This document shows positions 53,774 to 61,958 of a stretch of DNA of 64,000 nt, one piece after another. Below the pieces are notes generated by a model. The model saw nothing but the letters and a program-made list of their open reading frames with translations. It was not told the origin of the DNA and searched no databases. The stretch is taken from IMG/VR virus record IMGVR_UViG_3300045988_176028; one strand, written 5' to 3'. The translations under genes were made by a program, and so were the position numbers. The stretch is from a virus. Every line of letters starts with the position of its first letter. Position 1 is the stretch's first letter.

Positions 53774-54046
53774 ATGCAGTCCAAGCAAATACGAGAAGCA
53801 ACCACAGTCGCATATATAGAAGACCAGCTCAAGTCGGAAGACCCCACTCTCATACAGTCGGCCACGGGGAATCTAGCCAGACTGTATGGAATGACCACGC
53901 TCTCCCAACTGACCGGTTTGGCGAGGCCATCCCTCTACCGAAGCCTATGCGGTCAAGGAAACCCATCCTTCCAAACCATGTGCAGGGTATTGGACGCCAT
54001 GGGGTACACAGTCACGGTGAAGCGTAAGGAGACGGAACATGAGTGA
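53774..54046 (+). CDS. HigA-family HTH 'addiction module antidote' protein (TIGR02684-like), no adjacent toxin
   Basis: ARLYGMTTLSQLTGLARPSLYRSLCGQGNPSFQTMCRVLDAMGYTV closely follows the family signature (...GLSRESLYKALSGEGNPSFDT...). It overlaps the repA start by 8 nt. Confidence 0.7.
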   Translation: MQSKQIREATTVAYIEDQLKSEDPTLIQSATGNLARLYGMTTLSQLTGLARPSLYRSLCGQGNPSFQTMCRVLDAMGYTVTVKRKETEHE

Positions 54047-55094
54047 CAGGCAAGTGGAACAGAACGCTCTAGACATTGACATACCCGGCATGGAGTTGGA
54101 TGTTCGACGGGTCAACCTGTTGGACGATATAGAAGCCCGCGAGCCGAACAGTATGGAAATATGGTATGGGCATTCCATTCTCACCGCCACACTGTTTCCA
54201 CCAGCCCAACCGTCCGATGATGTGGATTTCGTCAGCAAGTCGAACGGACGGTTGGAATACATGCTTGAAGCTGGCGTGACGGGTGATGGGGATGATAGGA
54301 AACGCCGGTTCCCGTTCGGCAAATATCCGAGACTGTTGATGGCTTGGATGGCTAAGCAGATTCGTGCGGCGAAAGGCCATAAGACGAGGAATGTTGACCC
54401 GGAGACGAAGACCATCACCATTCCAAGCATCTACCAGTTGTGTGAGGAAATGGGATTGCCGCATGGCGGGCGTACCGCGAAGAGCGTGCAGGAACAGTTG
54501 GAACTGTTGTTGGCTTGCCGTATCAGTATTCGCGCGTCCGGCACGGGCAAGGGGTTGAATGTGAGGGATACGGCCTATCTGCCTATCGTTCAGGCCGTGC
54601 GCATTATCAATGATGAGAAGAATGTGGGCTATTCCGGTGCCACGTTCCGTCTGACCGATGAAGTGTATGAACGGTTGAGTCGTGAGTCGGCTCCGTTCGA
54701 TACGAGAGTGTCCACTTACCTTTTGAAAGGCAGGTCGGTCATGCCTTACGACATTTACATTTGGCTGACTGGCAGTATGAAGAATCTTCGCCGTGACCTT
54801 CCGGTGAGTTGGGATTGGCTGTATGAACGGTTCGGAGACCAGATTGCGGTCAAGAAGTCTTTTCGGCGCATGTTCCGTCAATCGTTGGAGAAGGTCAAGA
54901 AGGTGTATCCGGGGTTGAATGTTGAGTGTCCAACGTATGAGGATTACATTATTCTGCATCCGAGTCCCACGTCGGTTCCTACCCGTGCTGTCCGTGAGGT
55001 TGAGGTGGGTGCTAATGGGGATGTGTTCGAGGTGGCTTTGCATTCGTTGCAATCGGTTCAACGGAAAGGTGTACGAAAGGCCACGTCAGATTGA
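54039..55094 (+). CDS. repA: plasmid replication initiator, RepA_C (PF04796)-like, second copy
   Basis: 351 aa. FPFGKYPRLLMAWMAKQI hallmark and later PYDIYIWLTGSM. Iterons lie immediately downstream. Confidence 0.7.
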   Translation: MSDRQVEQNALDIDIPGMELDVRRVNLLDDIEAREPNSMEIWYGHSILTATLFPPAQPSDDVDFVSKSNGRLEYMLEAGVTGDGDDRKRRFPFGKYPRLLMAWMAKQIRAAKGHKTRNVDPETKTITIPSIYQLCEEMGLPHGGRTAKSVQEQLELLLACRISIRASGTGKGLNVRDTAYLPIVQAVRIINDEKNVGYSGATFRLTDEVYERLSRESAPFDTRVSTYLLKGRSVMPYDIYIWLTGSMKNLRRDLPVSWDWLYERFGDQIAVKKSFRRMFRQSLEKVKKVYPGLNVECPTYEDYIILHPSPTSVPTRAVREVEVGANGDVFEVALHSLQSVQRKGVRKATSD

Positions 55095-55101
55095 GTTGAC
55101 C

Positions 55102-55519
55102 GTGGCCTTTCGGACACCTTGGAGAGTATTGGTGTCTGAAAGGCCATGTGTGGGCGGGTGTCTGCGTGGCTTTTCGGACACCTTTCGCATGGCTTTTCAA
55201 ACACCTCCCAACGGGTTGAACGGTTTCTCGACGTGGCCTTTCACGCACCCTCGTATACGCTACGGATTGCACGCGCCTTTCCAGCTTTAATTTATCCACT
55301 AGTTTTTCGTTGGAATTTCAACCATTCCACACGCTTATCCACATTTCCACAGGCAGAACGTCAAACATTCCGTGGACTAACAGGCACCTTTAGTGGCGTT
55401 TCAAACACCATGACGATTATGAATCATGCCGGACATGGACTATCAAACACCATCAGCATGGACTATCGAACACCCTTTTATGGGGTTTCCGACACCTTTC
55501 CGTGGACTAACAGGCACCT
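55102..55519. repeat. iteron field of candidate oriV-2
   Basis: At least 9 copies of rTGG(c/a)yTTTCrrACACC, for example at 55102, 55131 (inverted), 55165, 55188, 55232, 55393, 55434, 55457 and 55481. CGTGGACTAACAGGCACCT occurs twice (55371 and 55501). Confidence 0.7.
55292..55343. promoter_or_regulatory. two DnaA-box-like sites in the AT-rich core between iteron clusters
   Basis: TTATCCACT at 55292..55300 and consensus TTATCCACA at 55335..55343. Confidence 0.55.
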
Positions 55520-55606
55520 CGCATGGTAGAAAAACCGTTACGGGAGTAAGGCTCAACCGGCATGGTTATATATTATATGCTCATAGTTTCTTATAGTTTC
55601 TTATCA

Positions 55607-55723
55607 GGGGACCCTCGAACCGCCGAAGCGACACTTCGGTAGGCGGGGAACAAGTCCCTTCAGGAAACCCTTGCCGCGAGACAAGGGAATCCCCCGGCTT
55701 CGGCCGTGGGGAGGAAGTCAAAG
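55607..55723 (+). ncRNA. orphan omega-RNA-like element (no adjacent tnpB)
   Basis: GGGGACCC...CCGCCGAAG-CGACA-CTTCGGTAGGCGG...GTCCC stems are followed by GGAATCCCCCGGC-TTCG-GCCGTGGGGAGGAAGTCAAAG, nearly identical to 8846..8883. Confidence 0.45.
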
Positions 55724-55771
55724 TTCCGGTTTTCCGAGCCAAGGAATCAACCGGTGCGAAATACTGGAAAC

Positions 55772-56281
55772 ATGAGACTCCTATACAAAATCACAAGCTT
55801 ATATCGCAAAGCCCGTTGGCTCATGTGGCTGGCTGGAATGTTGCCCACCACGCTCATTCCCCTGCTGGGTTACGGAATGCACGCTTTGAACATCGCAAAG
55901 GATAGGCAGGAGTTGGCGACAGATAATCCGGAGCTTGCTTCGGAGGAGACGACTGGCTCCCTATTTGATTGGATGACCGGCGAGACGGTGGGAAGAATCA
56001 TTGGAATCATTACGATTCTTGGCATTATTTTCATCCTACTGTTGATTATATTGCAAATCTTCTCGTTCATTGGTGCCCGAACGTCAGTATCCGGAACAGA
56101 CCATGACACGGCCACCAAGGAGGCCAACCGTAGGCAAGCAGACTTGGGCGAAATGGACGTGGAGCCGAATGATGGGGACGTGGCCTTTCAAACACCTTCC
56201 CAATCGAAGCCAAAAAGGAAAGGCAAGCCGAAACCGGCTCCCGCCACTGAGGGCAACGAGGATGACTGGTTCATCGACTAG
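55772..56281 (+). CDS. membrane protein with K/P-rich C-terminus (169 aa)
   Basis: ATG 55772 within ORF 55706..56281. Three TM helices. Confidence 0.5.
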   Translation: MRLLYKITSLYRKARWLMWLAGMLPTTLIPLLGYGMHALNIAKDRQELATDNPELASEETTGSLFDWMTGETVGRIIGIITILGIIFILLLIILQIFSFIGARTSVSGTDHDTATKEANRRQADLGEMDVEPNDGDVAFQTPSQSKPKRKGKPKPAPATEGNEDDWFID

Positions 56282-56326
56282 TCTGAATGGTGTTTAAAAA
56301 GCCACGCGCCGACCGGCTCGTGCGGA

Positions 56327-56869
56327 CTATTTTCCTAGTTCGCTGAGCTTGGTCGGCGCTTTCTTATGTTTGAGCGGCAACGGTTTCCCGTCCGTCTGAT
56401 TATAGACGCAGTAGTTGCCGTTGTCGGTTTTGTGGATTACCACGTTGACCTGCCGGTTGTCCTTCGTGTAGACGGAGCATTCGGCGTCCACACCGTTCTC
56501 GATGTCCTTCATTGAGTCCACGGTGTATTCGCCCCGTCTCGCGGAATGTATTATCCCTTTGGTTGTTGGGATACTACTGTCTGTATCGGAGTACTCCTTG
56601 TGTGTGCAGTTGATGCTGGACAGTCCGTACACGTATTCCAAGCTTTGGTTGAGGGACGGGGCTTTCGGCATTTTCACCGTGGTCGCGGTGACGAACGAGA
56701 GGAAGAACACGAGAACGGAAACAGTCGAAACCAGTGTCCGACCCTTGTTCACAGCGAAAGCGCCGACAACAAGAGCAATGACACTAACGATAATGAGAGA
56801 ACTGATAATAAAATCGCCCGTACTCGCTTGGTCGGCAACCTCCTGCCAAGCGGAGAAATCCGCTGTCAC
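56327..56869 (-). CDS. 2-TM paralogue family member D
   Basis: MTADFSAWQEV, two TM helices, conserved Cys pair, NYCVYNQTDGKPLPLK. Confidence 0.6.
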   Translation of the reverse strand: MTADFSAWQEVADQASTGDFIISSLIIVSVIALVVGAFAVNKGRTLVSTVSVLVFFLSFVTATTVKMPKAPSLNQSLEYVYGLSSINCTHKEYSDTDSSIPTTKGIIHSARRGEYTVDSMKDIENGVDAECSVYTKDNRQVNVVIHKTDNGNYCVYNQTDGKPLPLKHKKAPTKLSELGK

Positions 56870-57645
56870 TTCTGAACCTTTTCCAGTCGGGTGGACAGTT
56901 CCGCCAATCCGTCGATGATTTTATTCTCCTCCACGGTTTTCCTCCCACCGGCTCGACCGTCACGGAAGCGTTTCTCGCACTCGCCCATACCCCTGCGGAT
57001 ATCCTCATTGGTGATGCCATAGGCGATAGCGAACGTTCCCAACGCTTCCACCACGTCGCAATACTCTTCGACCAACCGACTGTAAATCCGCTTGTCGGAA
57101 GTGCCGTCGGCAACCCAATCCATTCCCACTGCGGCGAGTTCAGCAGACTCCTCCAACAGTTTCCGCCCCTGCCGGTCGGATGGTTCCGCATATTCCGGAG
57201 CGAATGTTCTGACGGTGCCAAGACTAGCCAACCCGTGTTCAGTCATTTCCACGCCACGCCCGATGAACTTGTAGCCGGGATTCTGTTCGCAATAGTCGCG
57301 CACGTCACGCAACCATTGGATAGCATTGGGGATACTCCCCCAGCGGATGACCTTCCCCGTGTTGTCGAGGAAGTATTTCTGTTCCAATTCGTTGATGGAT
57401 TTTTTTTCGATTTCATCCAACGCTTCGTCAATAATGTCCTTGACCACGATGGCGGACTTGCCGTGCAGGTCTGTGGTGGGGCGCACATGGAACGCTTGGA
57501 AGAAATCGGAATAGTTGAAGGTCGGATTACAGGAAGTGCCTACCATATCCAAATTTTCCAGTCCACGGTCTTGCCAATCGCAAGCGACCATGAACACCAT
57601 ATCGTCCGGAATGTCGGAACGGACTATCGCAATATCGTAACTCAA
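56866..57645 (-). CDS. hypothetical protein with C-terminal MazG-like helices (259 aa)
   Basis: LLEESAELAAV...LVEEYCDVVEAL. Confidence 0.55.
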   Translation of the reverse strand: MSYDIAIVRSDIPDDMVFMVACDWQDRGLENLDMVGTSCNPTFNYSDFFQAFHVRPTTDLHGKSAIVVKDIIDEALDEIEKKSINELEQKYFLDNTGKVIRWGSIPNAIQWLRDVRDYCEQNPGYKFIGRGVEMTEHGLASLGTVRTFAPEYAEPSDRQGRKLLEESAELAAVGMDWVADGTSDKRIYSRLVEEYCDVVEALGTFAIAYGITNEDIRRGMGECEKRFRDGRAGGRKTVEENKIIDGLAELSTRLEKVQK

Positions 57646-57941
57646 ATCGCACCTATTCTTTCAAAGAGTGCCCAACAGAACATGATAAAAAGGATTGTCG
57701 CCATGATGATGAACGCCACCATCAGGGCGACGGCCAAATGATAAAGGAACCGCCAGCCGTAGATTCGTACTCCCAGCCAACGTTTCTGCCCCGAAGTGTA
57801 GGAGTGTTCCAAAAACGCTTTTTCCAAGAGCGTGACGGAACGGTCGAACAATACCGCCATCGTGTGCGACATGAGCACACCGGCTATACAACCTATGCTC
57901 AATACCAGTCGGACGAGTATGCCAGCCATGATTCCATTCAT
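57642..57941 (-). CDS. membrane protein (99 aa)
   Basis: ATG 57941 in an ATGA overlap with the upstream stop. Three TM helices. Confidence 0.45.
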   Translation of the reverse strand: MNGIMAGILVRLVLSIGCIAGVLMSHTMAVLFDRSVTLLEKAFLEHSYTSGQKRWLGVRIYGWRFLYHLAVALMVAFIIMATILFIMFCWALFERIGAI

Positions 57942-58204
57942 TCCTCTAAGTTCAGTACCGCCAGCTCGCAATCCAATCGTCGGGCAATGTCCAGTTTGGT
58001 ACCGGAGAGTCGGAATTGCGTGCCGACGGCGGTTCCGTTTCGATACTTTTGGGCGACCATATTCGACTGGATGTGAATGATGTTCCGTGCATGCTTGTAA
58101 CGCCACACGTTGCCTCCACCATCACTGTCGAGGTTCATTCTCATGTTACGGTAGAAGTCCACGTTGTCGTACAGGTCTCGGGGGGTTAACGGGTCAGTCT
58201 GCAT
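57938..58204 (-). CDS. hypothetical protein (88 aa)
   Basis: Operon context with overlapping stops and starts. Confidence 0.45.
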   Translation of the reverse strand: MQTDPLTPRDLYDNVDFYRNMRMNLDSDGGGNVWRYKHARNIIHIQSNMVAQKYRNGTAVGTQFRLSGTKLDIARRLDCELAVLNLEE

Positions 58205-58391
58205 CGAGCATTTCCTTCCACTTTTCCAATTCGTTCAAATCGATAGAGAATTGTTTATGTTCGGTGCAGTCGGAAAAGTCGATGGTCAGATACGGTTTTC
58301 CACGGAAAGTGTCACTGGACACGATGACGGTGTCACTGCCCAGTCCGCCCTTCTCATGTAACAGTTTGTAATATTTTTTATCCGGAACCAT
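58194..58391 (-). CDS. hypothetical protein (65 aa)
   Basis: Operon context. Confidence 0.45.
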   Translation of the reverse strand: MVPDKKYYKLLHEKGGLGSDTVIVSSDTFRGKPYLTIDFSDCTEHKQFSIDLNELEKWKEMLDAD

Positions 58392-58415
58392 CGGCTTTCC
58401 CTTTCTAATATCAGG

Positions 58416-58646
58416 TCAGGAGAGTTTGACCAGAATTCCGTAAGCGATGATGAGAACGAACCAGACGACAGCCGCCACTACCGTCCAACGGTTCAGGTTC
58501 TTTTCCGCCACGCCCGAGCTTCCCGCCGAACCTGTCAACGATTCAGCGAAATTCGAGAAACCGCCTCCCTCGCCTTTGTGCATGAGAATGAGGGGAACGA
58601 GCATGAGACTCAACACGGCGATGAATCCAAGAAGGATATGTTTCAT
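58416..58646 (-). CDS. secG: SecG-like preprotein translocase subunit (76 aa)
   Basis: AAAGGAG RBS precedes ATG 58646. LMLVPLILMHKGEGGGFS...GVAEKNLNRWTVVAAVVWFVL parallels actinobacterial SecG (..LLH..KGGGLS...EKNLDR.T..). Confidence 0.7.
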   Translation of the reverse strand: MKHILLGFIAVLSLMLVPLILMHKGEGGGFSNFAESLTGSAGSSGVAEKNLNRWTVVAAVVWFVLIIAYGILVKLS

Positions 58647-58648
58647 AA

Positions 58649-59065
58649 TTACTGCTCCTTTGTTTTGTTGTAGAAGACCAGACTTTTCCATCCGCTCGCA
58701 AGCCGCCAATGTTCGCCCGGCAACCGCATAAGCAACGGTTGCAGGATGCCTTCGACGATGAGCTGGTCTAGTGACCCGTGTACGGCGACCGTCCGTCCTC
58801 GCACGATGGTGCCGTCCACGGTGACGGCCTTGACCATGCGGCTGTCCAAAACCTTCGGTTCGACGTTCTCCCAGTCGAGGTCGGCGGGCTGGTCTTCCTG
58901 CGAGTCCAAGGCGGCTTTAGCGAGACGGCGGAACGAGTCATGTATCGCGTCCATCTGCCCGTCCCACAAGTCTCGTATCTGTTCTTCGCTCGGATTGAAG
59001 TCGGCCCAGTTGGTTTGCGCGGCGAAGACCGCAATTGCGGTTTTTTCGATGCGTTCATCCGGCAT
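58649..59065 (-). CDS. hypothetical protein (138 aa)
   Basis: Lies between the SecE-like and SecG-like genes. Confidence 0.5.
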   Translation of the reverse strand: MPDERIEKTAIAVFAAQTNWADFNPSEEQIRDLWDGQMDAIHDSFRRLAKAALDSQEDQPADLDWENVEPKVLDSRMVKAVTVDGTIVRGRTVAVHGSLDQLIVEGILQPLLMRLPGEHWRLASGWKSLVFYNKTKEQ

Positions 59066-59327
59066 AGAATTTTCCTTCCTTACTGCAATCCAACACCTGC
59101 AATGCGCTCACATGGTCGGCTTCCTCCAATAGGCCGGACGGGGCTTTCATGATGATGGGCACCATGACTCCCATGTAGACGCCTATCGCCCCACCGGGAG
59201 CTATGATGATGGTTCCGTCCACGACGGTGCCGTTGTCGAATCGGGCGATGACGCGTTGCCCTTCGAGTTCGGTCGTTGTGGCATGCCGCCAGTCCACGGG
59301 ATTGTAGACGATGCCTTCGCCGCCCAT
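59055..59327 (-). CDS. hypothetical protein (90 aa)
   Basis: ATG 59327 in a TGATG junction with the SecE-like stop. Confidence 0.45.
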   Translation of the reverse strand: MGGEGIVYNPVDWRHATTTELEGQRVIARFDNGTVVDGTIIIAPGGAIGVYMGVMVPIIMKAPSGLLEEADHVSALQVLDCSKEGKFYAG

Positions 59328-59578
59328 CAGCCGAACACCCACAATGTCAGCTTGCCCAGTCCGAAGTCCATTCCTGAGACAAGCGCCATGAGCAGCAGCA
59401 CGAAGATTCCGGACGCGACGCACCAGCCCGCCCATTCGCGGACGGTGGGCGTGACTACCTTGCGGATTTCGGCCACAACCTGTTTGACGAAACGGATGAC
59501 GCCGAGGAATCCTTGACCGATTCTGACGAACGGATTGTTTTTCCCATCGGCAATGACGGGCGTGGCTTTCTCAACCAT
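59327..59578 (-). CDS. secE: SecE-like preprotein translocase subunit (83 aa)
   Basis: GGAAGGA RBS. VVAEIRKVVTPTVREWAGWCVASGIFVLLLMALVSGMDFGLGKLTLWVFG parallels actinobacterial SecE (..ELRKV.WP.R.E......VV........D......LWVFG). Confidence 0.7.
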   Translation of the reverse strand: MVEKATPVIADGKNNPFVRIGQGFLGVIRFVKQVVAEIRKVVTPTVREWAGWCVASGIFVLLLMALVSGMDFGLGKLTLWVFG

Positions 59579-59789
59579 AGATTTCCTTCCATTGAATCAG
59601 ACCGTCGATAATTTTCGCGGCGGTTCGATTGTCCAAATATTTCTTATTCAAGTCTTCCTTATAGCGGACTACGGGAGGGCAGTTTTCGAGGTTTTTCACG
59701 TTATTAAGGTCGGACTGGTCGGTGAGTTTGAGAATTAGTCGAATCTGAGCTTCCGTGGCCTTGCGTTTCTGTCCCGCGTAAATCATCAT
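59571..59789 (-). CDS. hypothetical protein (72 aa)
   Basis: Operon context. Confidence 0.45.
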   Translation of the reverse strand: MMIYAGQKRKATEAQIRLILKLTDQSDLNNVKNLENCPPVVRYKEDLNKKYLDNRTAAKIIDGLIQWKEIYG

Positions 59790-60271
59790 TGCTCTCCCCG
59801 GCCAGAGTGGTGGACGTTTGTCGTTCGGAAGTGTTCCGATAACAGGTCTTTCGTGTTTTTTCTTAATTGGGCTGACGCGAGTTCCTGCACTTGAGAGACC
59901 GCTATCACATAGTCGGTCAGCTGGCTGGCGAATTCCTTATCATGATGGCGTCGAGCCAGTTCGCAGACAGCGTCGATTGCCGAAGTGTGGAAAATGTCCG
60001 ATACTGGTTCGATGTAGTCACCGTCTGCCATGAGGGCACGGTATTCGAATCGGTTTCCGCAGTTGATTTCCCGAACCATGCCGTAGTCCTTACCGTCAAC
60101 CACGACTTGATAGTCTTTAGTTTTGCTGGAGGATTGCGTGTAGCAGGGGAAGTTGATGGCAGACAGTGTTGCCGAATACTGGTCTTGTACCATCGCCAGT
60201 TCTTCGTCCACCCAGCCGAGTGAACGTAGTTGGATGGGGTTTGCCGGTTTTTTGGGGTTTTGTTTTTCCAA
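59786..60271 (-). CDS. hypothetical protein (161 aa)
   Basis: TTG start with GGGAGGAAAGC RBS. First gene after the promoter at 60297. Confidence 0.55.
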   Translation of the reverse strand: MEKQNPKKPANPIQLRSLGWVDEELAMVQDQYSATLSAINFPCYTQSSSKTKDYQVVVDGKDYGMVREINCGNRFEYRALMADGDYIEPVSDIFHTSAIDAVCELARRHHDKEFASQLTDYVIAVSQVQELASAQLRKNTKDLLSEHFRTTNVHHSGRGEQ

Positions 60272-60296
60272 GCTTTCCTCCCAAAGACTGCTTATG

Positions 60297-60318
60297 TGTG
60301 GACTTATCCAGTATAGCA
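60297..60318 (-). promoter_or_regulatory. conserved promoter/leader motif copy
   Basis: Minus strand reads TGCTATACT-GGATAA-GTCCACA. Confidence 0.65.
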
Positions 60319-60346
60319 GAGTTTTCTTCGGAAGGAAAGCCGACGT

Positions 60347-60610
60347 TCAGGCGAGAATGTTCAACGACTTGAAAAGCGTGTCCGCCAGATGATTGCCTCC
60401 ACCGTTGAGGCAAACCACCACATATTGGGGCAGGTTCACGAAATTCAGGCTTTCCACACGTAGACCATCCTCGGTCTTTTCCATACGGTATTCCAATTCG
60501 CCGTCGATGGTGGTTCCGCTTACGGTGATGGCGATAGCCCTTTTACCGGCCAGTTCCTCGATAGGCTTGTCCATCCAATCGGAAATGGTCTCGTGTACGT
60601 CAGTATGCAT
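60347..60610 (-). CDS. hypothetical protein (87 aa)
   Basis: GGAGG RBS precedes ATG 60610 within ORF 60347..60670. Confidence 0.5.
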   Translation of the reverse strand: MHTDVHETISDWMDKPIEELAGKRAIAITVSGTTIDGELEYRMEKTEDGLRVESLNFVNLPQYVVVCLNGGGNHLADTLFKSLNILA

Positions 60611-60626
60611 ATAATCCTCCAAGACT

Positions 60627-61184
60627 CTACTTATTACTCGCGTCCGCGAACAGTATGGCACTGCCTTCATTATGAAGCTTGTCCGCTTGGCGTTTGATAT
60701 CGCTCGTCGTATACCAGAAAGTGAATTCGGTCGGGTCGGTTCCGGTAATCAATTCCTCAACCATGTTGATTCCCCAAGATGGAATGGTGTCGTATACGCG
60801 GTACAAGTCAAGTTTCTTCACATCCTTGTCCACGATGCCGCCGACGTGGATGCCGTGGGGCGCATCCCCCAACGGATGATAGTCAGCGAGCACGCTGATG
60901 GCGTGTGCGACTTCGTCCCGAATCTCCTCAAGGGTTTCCAATTTCAGTGGACATTCCTCGCTGAACAGTGGAAGGTAATGTTCTTGGGCGAGCCAGAATG
61001 GGAACTCCTCCAAATCGTACTTGTCCATGTCGTGACGACTCAACGGCTTCTCATAGTCGATGATTGCGGTGAGCTTGCCGGTCGGGTCAGCCAGTGGACG
61101 CTCGTGAATGGAGATGAGTTTTTCGTCGGGATACTGATGGTCGTATAGCGACTTGGTGTAGGCGTATGAGTATTTTTTGGTCAA
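60627..61184 (-). CDS. hypothetical protein (185 aa)
   Basis: TTG start with GAAGGA RBS. First gene after the promoter at 61209. Confidence 0.55.
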   Translation of the reverse strand: MTKKYSYAYTKSLYDHQYPDEKLISIHERPLADPTGKLTAIIDYEKPLSRHDMDKYDLEEFPFWLAQEHYLPLFSEECPLKLETLEEIRDEVAHAISVLADYHPLGDAPHGIHVGGIVDKDVKKLDLYRVYDTIPSWGINMVEELITGTDPTEFTFWYTTSDIKRQADKLHNEGSAILFADASNK

Positions 61185-61208
61185 CGATTGTCCTTCACTC
61201 TTGTATGA

Positions 61209-61230
61209 TGTGAATGTTTCCAGTATAGCA
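61209..61230 (-). promoter_or_regulatory. conserved promoter/leader motif copy (ATTCACA variant)
   Basis: Minus strand reads TGCTATACT-GGAAAC-ATTCACA. Confidence 0.6.
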
Positions 61231-61247
61231 GAGGGAACGGTGAAACG

Positions 61248-61529
61248 TCAGCGGTCAGTGACCTTGACTTTGTTATACGCAAGAATCGACTCGAACAGTC
61301 GGAGTGGATTGCGGGAGTCCAGCTTGTACTGATGGTGATTCCTCGCGGTTTCCGTTTCGAGGAATCGTCCGCTCTCGGACGGCTCTTCCACAATCATGGG
61401 AACCCAACGCCATTTCTCACGGCCTTTGCTGTTCTCCCAGACGATTTCCCCGTTTTCCAATACCCGCTTGTAGGCGGTCTTGTCGGGGAATGACGAGTCT
61501 ATTCGTGCGACTAGATTCAATCGGCTCAT
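61248..61529 (-). CDS. hypothetical protein (93 aa)
   Basis: ATGA overlap with the upstream zinc-ribbon ORF. Confidence 0.5.
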   Translation of the reverse strand: MSRLNLVARIDSSFPDKTAYKRVLENGEIVWENSKGREKWRWVPMIVEEPSESGRFLETETARNHHQYKLDSRNPLRLFESILAYNKVKVTDR

Positions 61530-61681
61530 GGTTTAATTCCTTCTTCTCTCAGTTCTTCATAGTCTTGCGGCGTGAGGAAAAGCCAAGCTCCACAGTAGGG
61601 ACACTTGACCCTATTGGCATCGACGGTGTTCTTGCAATACCAGCAGGTGACGTACCATCCGTTTACATATCGGTTTTGCAT
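61526..61681 (-). CDS. zinc-ribbon protein (51 aa)
   Basis: MQNRYVNGWYVTCWYCKNTVDANRVKCPYCGAW. Below the track cutoff. Confidence 0.4.
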   Translation of the reverse strand: MQNRYVNGWYVTCWYCKNTVDANRVKCPYCGAWLFLTPQDYEELREEGIKP

Positions 61682-61842
61682 TGTTGCTCCTTTTTCTTGA
61701 AATCAGAAGACAGTGGTCTTCTAATTTTCGCAAAGAAGTCGATGACTTCGATAAGATAGAGGAACATTTCAAGCAGGACAAAGAAAACGAATCCCAGTAC
61801 GTCAAAAGTCCAGTTTTTCAGTTTTTTGAATATGTTGGACAT
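61663..61842 (-). CDS. small membrane protein (59 aa)
   Basis: AAGGAGAGCA RBS precedes ATG 61842. The longer track ORF would include its own promoter. Confidence 0.4.
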   Translation of the reverse strand: MSNIFKKLKNWTFDVLGFVFFVLLEMFLYLIEVIDFFAKIRRPLSSDFKKKEQQCKTDM

Positions 61843-61866
61843 TGCTCTCCTTGTCTTAATAGATTG

Positions 61867-61885
61867 TGTGAACAACCCCAGTATA
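61867..61885 (-). promoter_or_regulatory. conserved promoter/leader motif copy
   Basis: Minus strand reads TATACT-GGGGTT-GTTCACA. Confidence 0.65.
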
Positions 61886-61958
61886 ACCAAAAAAAGCAAG
61901 ACTGGCAATCACGCCAAAAACCGGAAAACAAACAGGCTAATCGTATCTTCAGGCAACA

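Noticed and set aside
53566-54027. 153 aa plus-strand ORF overlapping the HTH gene in another frame
   Set aside because: It starts inside the divergent promoter region and has odd composition. The alternative frame matches a well-known antidote HTH family closely.
54069-55061. 330 aa ORF antisense to repA-2
   Set aside because: It is a shadow ORF. The plus-strand frame carries the RepA_C hallmark and is translationally coupled to the HTH gene.
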